24,000 nt of DNA from Fidelibacterota bacterium. Its GTDB lineage: Bacteria > Fidelibacterota > Marinisomatia > Marinisomatales > SCKK01. Shown in pieces: positions 1-10,200 of the stretch. Numbering within the stretch: position 1 is the first letter of the stretch; the number at the start of each line of letters is the position of its first letter. The notes beneath the pieces are model-generated. The model saw nothing but the letters and a program-made list of their open reading frames with translations, was not told the DNA's origin and searched no databases. The position numbers and the translations under genes are program-made. The DNA lies in the NCBI GenBank assembly GCA_022562455.1, contig JADFPG010000020.1, positions 1 through 24,000 of the forward strand, written 5' to 3'.

Positions 1-550
1 AATGGAGAACTCGCCATCGTGGATCCTGTTTCCATTTTGAACCAAAAAGTGATTCTGCCGCTTTTTCACTGGCTGCCAGACCCAGAGTTGCGTGTTTCTT
101 CACGAGGTGTTCAGTATAGGCATAGTACATTTTTCTGGGAATGGGTGACGCTCTTTGAATAGTGGATAAATTACTATGACTGTGGGCGACACGGACAGGT
201 ATCCCACATTTTTGAGCAGTTCTAAGTACCCACCCGCTGTAGTGATGTATATGGCTATGGATAATGTCATAGGGACCGTATTCTTGCAAGATTCTTTTTA
301 GTTCTTTTGCGTATCTAAGAGGCTGTTTTGGCCATGGACAGGGGATGATTTGCGATCCTAAACTCAATATTTCTTTATCGTAGGCTTGAGGTTGTGTCGT
401 ATGCGCAAGGAAATCCATTTGTATCTTTTCATGATCAATTTCCCGTAACAGATTTAACAGCCAGTTTTCTATTCCTCCTGGCTTTAATTCGTGAATGACA
501 TGAAGAACACGAATCTCCTGCTGATTTGGTTTTGTCTTTTCTTGACTCAC
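1..550 (-). CDS. Glycosyltransferase, group 1 / GT4-like (N-terminal part only; the gene runs off the left edge of the window)
   Basis: My own minus-strand translation from GTG at 550: VSQEKTKPNQQEIRVLHVIHELKPGGIENWLLNLLREIDHEKIQMDFLAHT...YDIIHSHIHHYSGWVLRTAQKCGIPVRVAHSHS...LAASEKAAESLFGSKW. The IxVLHVI...GGxE, HSH and AxSxxAAxxLFG pattern is typical of GT4 N-terminal domains in polysaccharide loci. It is absent from the ORF track because it has no in-window stop. The start is ambiguous (GTG 550, GTG 556 or TTG 559); there is an in-frame TAA at 605-607. Confidence 0.6.
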   Translation of the reverse strand, partial: MSQEKTKPNQQEIRVLHVIHELKPGGIENWLLNLLREIDHEKIQMDFLAHTTQPQAYDKEILSLGSQIIPCPWPKQPLRYAKELKRILQEYGPYDIIHSHIHHYSGWVLRTAQKCGIPVRVAHSHSNLSTIQRASPIPRKMYYAYTEHLVKKHATLGLAASEKAAESLFGSKWKQDPRWRVLH

Positions 551-599
551 TTTCACCAAAAATAGATTAATATCAAAGTTGAGCGATTTGCGTAGGATA

Positions 600-617
600 A
601 TCCGTTAGATAACGGAT
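600..617. repeat. Perfect 8-bp inverted repeat ATCCGTTA-GA-TAACGGAT in the flippase/glycosyltransferase spacer (operator or small hairpin; function unknown)
   Basis: Read directly from the sequence: 600-607 is the reverse complement of 610-617. No U-tract follows on either strand, so it is not a classic terminator. Confidence 0.4.
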
Positions 618-741
618 GTCCCTTTGACGAGACGTAAAATCTTTAGTTATGAGAATAACCCAATAAGTAAACATATAATCGTCAATAGCGTGAATAGAAT
701 TGCTCAATTTAGGTAATATTTTCTTTTGACTGATTTGAAAA

Positions 742-2196
742 TTAATTCGTTGAATAGTCTTTTTTAAAGATTGAGAAAACCTGGTTTATTTCCTGTTTAG
801 ACAAAACTCTAAAAACAAAGAGAGCGGCACAGAAGAATAGAATACCGATGAGTTTTATTATAACAGTTTGCCCTAAAAGGATGGTAATAACATAAGCGCC
901 CATGGCACTCAGGAAAAGCACTAAAATTTTCTTCCATTCATAGGGAATGTAAAAGAGCCTTCTGCTCACAAAAAAGGTTGTTCCTGCCATTACAGCATAT
1001 CCGATCAGGGTAGCAATAGCGGCGCCAGTTATCCCGTATTTCGGGATAAGAATTAAATTAAGAATAATATTGATTGCGGCGCCTGAAATTGTAATGATGG
1101 GGATCAACCCCGTCTTTTTTTCGAAATATATCCCTGGTAAGAAGTTGAGGTAATATCCTTGTAATATATATCCGAATAGGATGACAGGGACAATGGTTTC
1201 TGCGCTGTAAAAAGATGGACCAATGAGAGAATAACCCCCTATTGTAATTCTGATTATTTCCGGAATAAAGAAGGAAATAGTTATCCAGGTGAAAAGCGCC
1301 ACTACAGTGAAGTAGGTGAAGATTTTGGCAAAAACTGAAGATGCTTCCGTTGTTTTTCCGGCTTTAAGGAAGAATGGCTGCCAGGCGTAGTTGAATGCGG
1401 TGGTGATGAGAAGCATGAAAATTCCAAGCTTGTACCCAGCGCTATAGATTCCTACTGTAGCAGTATCTTTCAGGTTAAGCAATATGTACCGGTCAATCAT
1501 TTCCATGGTGATAGCCGCAAGTCCTGCAGGAATGAATGGTGAACCAAATTTTATTAATTTTTCTGCCAGTTTTTTGGAAAAACTTATTTTCAATGATGGG
1601 AAAGTAAAAAGCAAGACAGCAATAAATGTTGCAACTGCGGCAAAAAATACACTCTGAAAAACGCCAATAATGCCAGCTTCACGGATGACAACAAGCCAAA
1701 TGTTTAAGGTGAGTGTTATAACAACATTCAGTAGTTTGACTACCATGAACACACTCGCTCTTTCCTCAAGGCGTAATAGGGCAAAGGGGATTTTTGCCAG
1801 GGCATCAAAGAGGAGTATTCCCGCAGTTAGTGAAAATAATGCGTGGTATTTTATATCTCCTAACAGGATTAACGAAATCTGTGACTTAAAACCGATGATT
1901 ACTGCGGAAAGAATAATGCTTGTTCCCAGAATCATCCAGAAGGCCGTGGAAAAGGATCGAATTTTATCCTTAGAATCCTCTGAGGAAAATCGCAAAAAAG
2001 CGGGTTCGAGTCCGTATTGGTAGATGATGTTCATAAACCCGAGAAAGACGTAAACCAATGTAATAATTCCATAATCCTGGGGAGAAAGAGCGTGGGTGAG
2101 TATAGGCAGAAGAAGAAATGTCACCAGGCGGGAAATGATGTTCCCGGTTCCATAGATGAGCGTCTGGCGGGTTAAACTTTTTACTGAAGGCTTCAA
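742..2196 (-). CDS. Polysaccharide/oligosaccharide flippase (MOP superfamily, Wzx-like), polytopic membrane protein
   Basis: 484-aa ORF that is hydrophobic throughout, with roughly 12-14 predicted TM segments. The N-terminus LIYGTGNIISRLVTFLLLPILTHALSPQDYG is typical of the polysaccharide biosynthesis protein/flippase family. It lies next to a glycosyltransferase. Confidence 0.75.
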   Translation of the reverse strand: MKPSVKSLTRQTLIYGTGNIISRLVTFLLLPILTHALSPQDYGIITLVYVFLGFMNIIYQYGLEPAFLRFSSEDSKDKIRSFSTAFWMILGTSIILSAVIIGFKSQISLILLGDIKYHALFSLTAGILLFDALAKIPFALLRLEERASVFMVVKLLNVVITLTLNIWLVVIREAGIIGVFQSVFFAAVATFIAVLLFTFPSLKISFSKKLAEKLIKFGSPFIPAGLAAITMEMIDRYILLNLKDTATVGIYSAGYKLGIFMLLITTAFNYAWQPFFLKAGKTTEASSVFAKIFTYFTVVALFTWITISFFIPEIIRITIGGYSLIGPSFYSAETIVPVILFGYILQGYYLNFLPGIYFEKKTGLIPIITISGAAINIILNLILIPKYGITGAAIATLIGYAVMAGTTFFVSRRLFYIPYEWKKILVLFLSAMGAYVITILLGQTVIIKLIGILFFCAALFVFRVLSKQEINQVFSIFKKDYSTN

Positions 2197-2547
2197 AATA
2201 GTTAGGAAATAGTTACTTTCAATACTGTAAAATATAGGGATTATTTGGGTTTTTATTGGTACGATTCATAAGGCAGGTCAGTTCCGAAGTGGAATTTAAT
2301 GGGGTTATAGGTTGAGGACAATGGTTGTTAATCAATTACATAATAAATGTTTATAGTGAAGTTTAATAATTTTCCTGATGTATGAGGGTAAATAATTGAT
2401 TACTTTTTCTTACCTGATTTGAGCCCTGAAACATTGGGATTGTCCTTACAATGATGCTTGGAATGCCTATGAATGATAATAACCCAATAAGAAGTAGCAG
2501 GATCTTCGATAATTTGCATAAAATAGCTTAAATTAGGCCTCAGTTAA

Positions 2548-4202
<1,655 letters not shown>

Positions 4203-4230
4203 AATATAGCTTAAAGGATCGATTAATAAC

Positions 4231-4247
4231 CTGGCAGGTTGAGCCAG
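4231..4247. terminator. Hairpin CTGGC-N7-GCCAG between convergent ftsB and the secreted-protein gene
   Basis: 5-bp GC-rich stem read directly from the sequence, sitting in the 100-bp convergent spacer. It has no clear U-tract. Confidence 0.25.
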
Positions 4248-4267
4248 ATCCGCCAGATTAACGTATT

Positions 4268-4290
4268 CCAGTCGTATAGACAGAGACTGG
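4268..4290. terminator. Hairpin CCAGTC-N11-GACTGG between convergent genes
   Basis: 6-bp perfect stem read directly from the sequence, 13 nt beyond the stop of the 4303 minus-strand gene. It has no U-tract. Confidence 0.3.
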
Positions 4291-4302
4291 TGGATTGAGA
4301 AG

Positions 4303-4896
4303 TTAAAAACTCAACAAATAAAATACCTGATCACCTCCAAGTCTAGATTTAAATGATAGTTCAATATACTCCGGGATATCATCAAAGCTGTAAATGAGGT
4401 CGGATCTCATGCTTTTTCCTGGTTTGATAGTACCAACACTATTTTTGCATTGCAATATCTCCAATCTTCCGGGATTGTCTCCCTGATCAGTAACGCTAAA
4501 AAGTAATAATGCGCTCACGTCCAGGTTTTTTTCTCCGTTATTGATTATTTCGACAGAGAATTTTACTTGATTACCTTCTCTTTTTGCACTCAGCAGTTTT
4601 ATTGTAGTAAGATCGATATCCTGGCTTTTACCAACTCCCTTTGCTATTCGAGCATTCTCAAGGACGGTGATAGGAATGTAAAAATCAATGGATGCTTTAA
4701 TAAAATTCCCGGATTTATCTTTTCCTAACTTTACTATCTTGACTCCTGGGTTAAGCTCTCCCAAAGTACTTTTTGTGTTTGGACTTGAATAAATTGGAGT
4801 CTTCTCCTTTACATTTGTCATCTGTCCATAAAGAATAGGGGCAAGTATTACTACTGTAAATAAAAGATGCCCAAAATAGTGTTTTTTTAGTCTCAT
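4303..4896 (-). CDS. Secreted/periplasmic protein of unknown function (N-terminal signal/anchor, SH3b-like segment, then an Ig/DUF4352-like beta domain)
   Basis: The ORF track starts at TTG 4908. However, ATG 4896 is preceded by a perfect GGAGG 5 nt upstream, giving MRLKKHYFGHLLFTVVILAPILYGQ.. (signal-like, no lipobox Cys). The domain guesses come from sequence texture only (PIYSSPNTKSTLGELNPGVKIVKLGKD..; VKFSVEIINNGEKNLDVS). Confidence 0.55.
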   Translation of the reverse strand: MRLKKHYFGHLLFTVVILAPILYGQMTNVKEKTPIYSSPNTKSTLGELNPGVKIVKLGKDKSGNFIKASIDFYIPITVLENARIAKGVGKSQDIDLTTIKLLSAKREGNQVKFSVEIINNGEKNLDVSALLLFSVTDQGDNPGRLEILQCKNSVGTIKPGKSMRSDLIYSFDDIPEYIELSFKSRLGGDQVFYLLSF

Positions 4897-4901
4897 GATT
4901 A

Positions 4902-4906
4902 CCTCC
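4902..4906 (-). promoter_or_regulatory. Shine-Dalgarno GGAGG for the ATG at 4896
   Basis: The minus strand reads ttGGAGGtaatcATG. Confidence 0.6.
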
Positions 4907-5048
4907 AACCCAAATTATAACTCATTAATTTGTTGAGATTATGATAATGGTATATTTGGTATTTCGACTCTAAGTCTGTAGAAAAATATACCTAAATAAT
5001 ATTTTGTATTTATTTGCTTGGTTAAAAAAAATGATAAACAAGTACCAA

Positions 5049-5792
5049 TTAGTTAATTGATGGTTCCTGGGATTTTTTATTACTAATGTTTATATCGGTG
5101 AGAAATGCATCAAGGTATATCTCTACTCGTCTGTTATTAGCTCGTCCATCTGGTGTTTCATTGGTGTCCTCAGGCCTGAATTCCCCGTATCCCATGGCTG
5201 AAAATTTATCCTGTTCGATCTCTGCATATTCACTCAATAATTTAACAACATTCAATGCTCTCGCCGTTGACAATTCCCAGTTATCCTTGTATTTGACTTG
5301 TAATCTATCTGGCAAGGGAACATTATCAGTATGACCCTCGCATCGTATTTCAATATTCAGTTCTTTGTCTCCATTTCGTATGGCATCAAGGAATGGTTTG
5401 TATTTTGGGATATCACGTACTTTTACGAGAGGAGACATTTTTATAATGTATCCAATTTGTTTGATAATACTATGGAATTCGGGTCTTAATGTCTCTTCAC
5501 CGGATCTAAAAAGATCACCACCAGCACTTGCCATTTTAATTTTCACCCCTTTAGTAGCATGTTCCACAGTGACCCAGGATTGAAACCTTAATTCATGGTG
5601 TAGTTCCTGGTAGGTTTCTTTCAGCAGCAGGTTGATGATACGATCAATATGTTTTTCTGCTTCGTTCATAATCACCAATAACAAGATGAAGAATGTGAGA
5701 AGAAGGGTTACCATATCTCCAAAAGTTATGGCCCATGATGTGCTTTTTGCCTTAGCCTCAACAAAGGAGAGTTTCGTGACCTTTCTTGCCAT
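5049..5792 (-). CDS. motB: MotB-type stator protein (OmpA-like peptidoglycan-binding C-terminal domain)
   Basis: The single TM carries the channel Asp (WAITFGDMVTLLLTFFILLL). The C-terminal OmpA-like motifs are present (GHTDNVP..., NWELSTARALNVV, GYGEFRP, NRRVEIYL). There is a GAGG SD, and the gene lies 3 nt downstream of motA. Confidence 0.85.
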   Translation of the reverse strand: MARKVTKLSFVEAKAKSTSWAITFGDMVTLLLTFFILLLVIMNEAEKHIDRIINLLLKETYQELHHELRFQSWVTVEHATKGVKIKMASAGGDLFRSGEETLRPEFHSIIKQIGYIIKMSPLVKVRDIPKYKPFLDAIRNGDKELNIEIRCEGHTDNVPLPDRLQVKYKDNWELSTARALNVVKLLSEYAEIEQDKFSAMGYGEFRPEDTNETPDGRANNRRVEIYLDAFLTDINISNKKSQEPSIN

Positions 5793-5795
5793 TTT

Positions 5796-6608
5796 TTACA
5801 CCTCTGACTTCCGTTTACTCTGGGGTACAAATGTCATGAGCTTTTCACGCAAAATGATGGGGTGATCCTTGGCATGAAGACCAATAATCCCTTCCACTAT
5901 AATATCTTTGACCATGAGTTCCTCTTCTGATTTCCGTTTTAACTTACCCGCAATTGGCAAAAATACAAGGTTGGAAAGTAATACTCCATAGAATGTAGTA
6001 ATAAGAGCAAGTCCCATACCTTCCAGGAGTTTCATAAACCTTTTGGCGATGTCGAATTCAACTCCAATAGCACCCCCTTCAGGAACAGCAAAGCCACTTT
6101 TCATCATGATGATCAAGCCCAAAACAGTTCCTAACAATCCAAAAGCAGGGGCGTAAGCGCCCATATAGAGGAAAATCTCCTGACCAAGATTATGGCGTCT
6201 TTCAATGTTGGAGAGTTCTAAATCGAGGTAATTTCTCAACCGTGCCGGATCCCGTTCATTGATGGCAAGTTCAAGACTATTCCTCAAAAATTTATCTGAA
6301 ATTTTATTTAAATCGGCTTCCAATGACATGATACCGGTTTTTCTCATTTTAGCCGCCTTATCAATCAACTCGTCTATTACTTCCTGGTGACTATATTCTT
6401 CCTTTACAAAAACTTTTGCTAAAACGCGAAAAATACCGACTACATCTTTAATTGAATAATTTACAAGAGTAGCAGCGAATGTACCTCCAAGTACAATAAT
6501 TAAGGAATCTAAGTCCATAAACCACCGTAAGTCTCCCTGTTTGTTAATAATTCCTATGGTGATCAGACCAATACCTAAAAGTAGTCCAAGAGCTGTACCG
6601 ATATCCAT
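5796..6608 (-). CDS. motA: MotA/PomA-type stator proton-channel protein
   Basis: 270 aa with a 2+2 TM topology and a cytoplasmic loop of about 100 aa. It has the PomA-like YAPAFGLLGTVLGLI and the TM4 GLALITTFYGVLLSNLVFLPIAGKL. Confidence 0.85.
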   Translation of the reverse strand: MDIGTALGLLLGIGLITIGIINKQGDLRWFMDLDSLIIVLGGTFAATLVNYSIKDVVGIFRVLAKVFVKEEYSHQEVIDELIDKAAKMRKTGIMSLEADLNKISDKFLRNSLELAINERDPARLRNYLDLELSNIERRHNLGQEIFLYMGAYAPAFGLLGTVLGLIIMMKSGFAVPEGGAIGVEFDIAKRFMKLLEGMGLALITTFYGVLLSNLVFLPIAGKLKRKSEEELMVKDIIVEGIIGLHAKDHPIILREKLMTFVPQSKRKSEV

Positions 6609-6659
6609 ATAGGTTCCTTTCTATGAGTGATCCACAGGTAACGTTATACTAAGAAACAC

Positions 6660-6669
6660 AACTTCGGGA
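6660..6669 (-). repeat. Copy 1 of decamer TCCCGAAGTT (minus-strand reading), in the motA leader
   Basis: Exact match read directly from the sequence, 52 nt upstream of the motA ATG. It lies in the loop of AAGAAA...TTTCTT. Confidence 0.3.
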
Positions 6670-6764
6670 TTTCTTCTTACCCTGATACACTCGTTCCTCG
6701 CTACAGGGCAAGCGGGGCAGGCATTGCTCCAGTACTCCATTTAATGTGTTAAACATTGTCACGA

Positions 6765-6774
6765 AACTTCGGGA
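6765..6774 (-). repeat. Copy 2 of decamer TCCCGAAGTT, in the dtd-motA spacer
   Basis: Exact match read directly from the sequence. Confidence 0.3.
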
Positions 6775-6819
6775 CTCCTTTGGGGAAATTCCTATCCAAT
6801 ACAATTACAATTAAACATA

Positions 6820-7269
6820 TTAATGAATATTATTGGTATCTAAAACAAATGTAGCAGGCCCATCATTCGTCAATTTTACATCCATCATGGCGCCAAAGCT
6901 CCCCGATTCTACATGAATCCCCTTCTGACTTAAATGATTGATAAACTCATTGTATAGTTGTTCTCCTTTTTCCGGGGTTGCTGCACGGATAAAACTTGGA
7001 CGTCGTCCTTTTTTCCAATCTGCACAAAGAGTAAACTGGCTTACAACCAAAACTGAGCCTTTTACATCCTGAACTGATAGATTCATTTTATCATTCTCAT
7101 CATTGAATATCCGAAATCCTGAAATTTTATCTACAAGAAATTGCACATCTTTTTCTGTATCGTGATTAAATACCCCAATAAATATAAGTAACCCCTGATC
7201 GATTTCCCCTGTAATTTGATTTTTTACAGTCACTTCAGCGTAAGAGACTCGCTGCAGAAGCGCAATCAT
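6820..7269 (-). CDS. dtd: D-aminoacyl-tRNA deacylase
   Basis: MIALLQRV...GLLIFIGV...MNLSV.DV.GS.LVVSQFTL.AD..KG.RPSF..AA.P......Y......L.......G.FGA.M.V.L.NDGP.TF is canonical Dtd. The ORF track begins at TTG 7281; I prefer ATG 7269, which overlaps the dnaE stop as TGATG. Confidence 0.9.
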   Translation of the reverse strand: MIALLQRVSYAEVTVKNQITGEIDQGLLIFIGVFNHDTEKDVQFLVDKISGFRIFNDENDKMNLSVQDVKGSVLVVSQFTLCADWKKGRRPSFIRAATPEKGEQLYNEFINHLSQKGIHVESGSFGAMMDVKLTNDGPATFVLDTNNIH

Positions 7270-10200
7270 CAGTCCAACCAAACGTTTTGGTCGCCGTAAA
7301 TACCCTTGAGTTTTTTCAAAAATTCTTTATCAGATGTAACTCGGATCCTGTCGGATATTATTTTTGTACCGTTCCCTTTTTCATCATAAATATGGAAAAA
7401 TAGAGGAGAATTCCCACTAAATTTTCTGGTGAGTGCATAGAGGGAATCGACATCAGCAATTGTCATTTTATCTACCTCTACCAGTATGTTCACTTTTTTT
7501 ACATATTGACTTTTTACTTCATCTAAAGAGTAAATATTCTCTGCAATAATTTTCGGTGTTGATTCATCCAATCTGGTTGTGGGTCGTCCCTTCACGAATA
7601 TGAGAGCATCTTCATTCAAGAGGTTTTTGTGTTGTTTGAATGTTTCGTGAAAAATTAAGACATCGATTTTTCCCCCCAGGCAGTCAAGACCTAAAAAAGC
7701 CATCTGCTGATTCTTTTTATCAAAGTGCAGTTTAAAATCCTGGATAATTCCACCAACTCGAACGGTCTTCAACTCAAGGTTATTTGCAGATTCGGAAAAA
7801 TCGTAGTTGGTAAATTTCTCTAATTCATATGCATAATCAAGGAGGGGATGACTTGTAAGAAAAAACCCAATCAGTTTTTTTTCCCACTTCAATTTCTCAT
7901 TTCTCGACCAATCTTCCACCTTTGGTAATGGGGGTGTCGATTTGATTGATTCTCCCGAAGAACCTGAAATATCAAACATGGAGAACTGGTTTGTAGCCTC
8001 TTCCGATTGGGACTGTATGGCATATTTAAATGCACTGTCTACAGCGGAATATTTTTGGGCTCTGTTCCCTTCCAGCGAGTCCATAGCGCCCACTGCAATA
8101 AGACTTTCAATTACTTTTCGATTGACCAGTCTCAAATCAAGGTGTTGACAGAATTCAAAAAGTGTTTTGGGTACACCATATTTATTTCTGGCTGCAATAA
8201 TATTGCATAAAGCTTTTGATCCTACATTTTTAATGGCGTTCAGTCCGAATGTAATGTTCTTTTTATCCAATGGTTTAAAATGAATATCAGATTGGGTAAC
8301 ATCCGGGGGATGAACCGTTATTTTCAGTTTCCGGCATTCATTGATCAATGTGACGATTCGGGCTGTATTATTCATTTCGCTGGTTAGATTTGCTGCCATG
8401 AATTCTGCCGGATAGTGAGTTTTTAAGTAGGCTGTATGATAAGCAATGTAGGCGTAAGCTGTGCTGTGACTCTTATTAAATCCGTACTTGGCAAACTTCT
8501 CGATTAACTTATAAATCTTCTGTGCTTTATTTTTATCTATTCCGTTGTCTATTGCCCCTTGAATAAACGATTTTTCCTGTCCTTTCATCAGACTTTTTTG
8601 CTTTTTTCCCATGGCTCTTCTCATGATATCCGCTTGTGCCAGGGAGAAACCTGCGATGGTATTTGCAATTTGCATTACCTGTTCCTGGTAAACGATGATT
8701 CCATAAGTTTCTTTCAGGATCGGTTCAAGTGCAGCGTGGATATACTTTATCTTTTTCCTGCCGTGTTTGCATTTAATAAAGTCGTCTATATTTTCCATGG
8801 GGCCCGGACGGTATAGAGCGTTCATGGCAATCAGATCTTCCAGGGTATTTGGTTTAAGTTTTTTCAGGTATTCTCTCATCCCGGCTGACTCAAATTGGAA
8901 CACTCCCACTGTCTGACCTTTCGCAAAGATTTTAAATGTTTTTGCGTCATTGAGGGGGATTTTATCCAGGTTTATATTGACTCCCTTTTCTTTAAGCAGT
9001 TTTATTGTCTGATCAATGACCGTGAGATTTCTCAAGCCTAAAAAGTCCATTTTAAGCAGCCCCAAATCCTCCAACCCTTTCATATCAAACTGGGAGGTAA
9101 TGTCGCCTTGAGGGGATTTGTATAGGGGGATGAAATCCGTCAGTTCTCCCGGAGCGATGACAATGCCAGCCGCATGAGTGGAGGCGTGACGGTTCATACC
9201 CTCCAGAATTTTTGAGTATTCGAGGAGTTTTTTATGAACTTCATCTTTTTGAGAAATTTTTTGAAGTTCATCACTTACTTGCATTGCAGATTCGAGAGTT
9301 ACCCCAAGACCCGTGGGGATCATTTTGGCAATCCGGTCTACTTCACCATAACTAAGACCCAGTACACGTCCCACATCCCGTACAACCTGCTTGGCTTTTA
9401 GTTTACCAAACGTGATTATTTGTGTTACGGAATTTTCACCATATCGGTCCTTAATGTAATCGATAACTTCTCCGCGGCGTTCATAGCAGAAATCAATATC
9501 AATATCCGGCATTGAGATTCGCTCAGGATTTAAAAACCGCTCAAATAACAGGTTATGTTTCATGGGGTCAATGGTTGTGATCCCCAATGAATAGGCAACC
9601 AGGCTTCCTGCAACCGACCCTCTACCGGGTCCAACGGGGATGTTCTTATTCTTTGCGTATTGAACAAAATCCATCACGATAAGGAAATATCCTGCATAAT
9701 TCATTTTTTTTATTACGTTCAGTTCATAATCCAAACGAGAGGCTAATTCCGGTTCGATTTGTCTAAATCTGGACTTTAATCCTTTCCGGCAAAGGGCGTC
9801 TAAATATTCATCCGCATTGTCCGTATGGGCGCCATCTGGGATCGGAAAGGTGGGTAAGAGAATCTCGCCCATGGGAATTTCAAGTGTGCATGACTCTGCA
9901 ATTTTTCGGGTGTTCTCAAGTGCATTCGGGTAGTCCTTGAACAGTTTCCACATCTCGTCCTGGCTCTTAAAAAAGAATTCCGCTGTGGCATAACGCTGCC
10001 TTTTCGGGTCGTTAAGATCTTTCCCGGTACCGAGACAAAACAAGATATCGTGAGCTTGCCAATGGTCCGGTTTGGCGTAATGGCAATCGTTGGTTGCCAC
10101 CAGAGGCAGATGTAATTCTTTTGCCAATTTGGATATAATTTCCCTGGCGTAGTCTTCTTCAGCAATTCCATGATGTTGTAGTTCAAGATAGAATCTTTCC

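Noticed and set aside
1670-2023. Plus-strand 117-aa ORF antisense to the flippase. Similar antisense ORFs are listed at 5086-5865, 7942-8816, 10934-11344, 11606-12159, 12571-13347, 14140-14947, 16134-16379, 17411-18537, 19255-19473, 19981-20211 and 22305-22694, and same-strand off-frame ORFs at 13043-13291, 19328-19552, 21687-21905 and 22144-22332.
   Set aside because: Each lies wholly inside a longer, motif-supported gene, either on the opposite strand or in another frame. They have Ser/Arg/Pro-rich off-frame composition and no start-site signals.
2400-2519. 39-codon minus-strand ORF (MQIIEDPATSYWVIIIHRHSKHHCKDNPNVSGLKSGKKK) in the flippase-eno spacer.
   Set aside because: It has no SD and no recognisable motif, and its composition is typical of random AT-rich sequence. 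There is no evidence that it is a gene.
5049-6608. MotA/MotB homologues as a Zorya-type (ZorAB) anti-phage system.
   Set aside because: The MotA here is 270 aa with ordinary stator topology and lacks the long C-terminal tail characteristic of ZorA. No ZorC/D-like (or ZorE) genes follow; the neighbours are dtd, dnaE and a small secreted protein.
6717-6731. Sigma-54-like -24/-12 element TGGAGCAATGCCTGC (minus strand), about 100 nt upstream of motA.
   Set aside because: Only the TGG and TGC cores and their spacing match. The flanking positions (TGGCAC, TTGCW) do not. I estimate a TGG-N9-TGC pattern arises by chance roughly once per 4 kb per strand. It is not supportable without TSS data or a known RpoN regulon.
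6700-6735. Plus-strand GCTACAGGGCAAGCGG resembles the ACGCACAGGGCAAACC segment of the c-di-GMP-I (GEMM-I) riboswitch, which would be attractive next to motility genes.
   Set aside because: It is on the wrong strand for motA. The second conserved half and the tetraloop/receptor architecture are absent, and the region is too short. It is probably coincidence.
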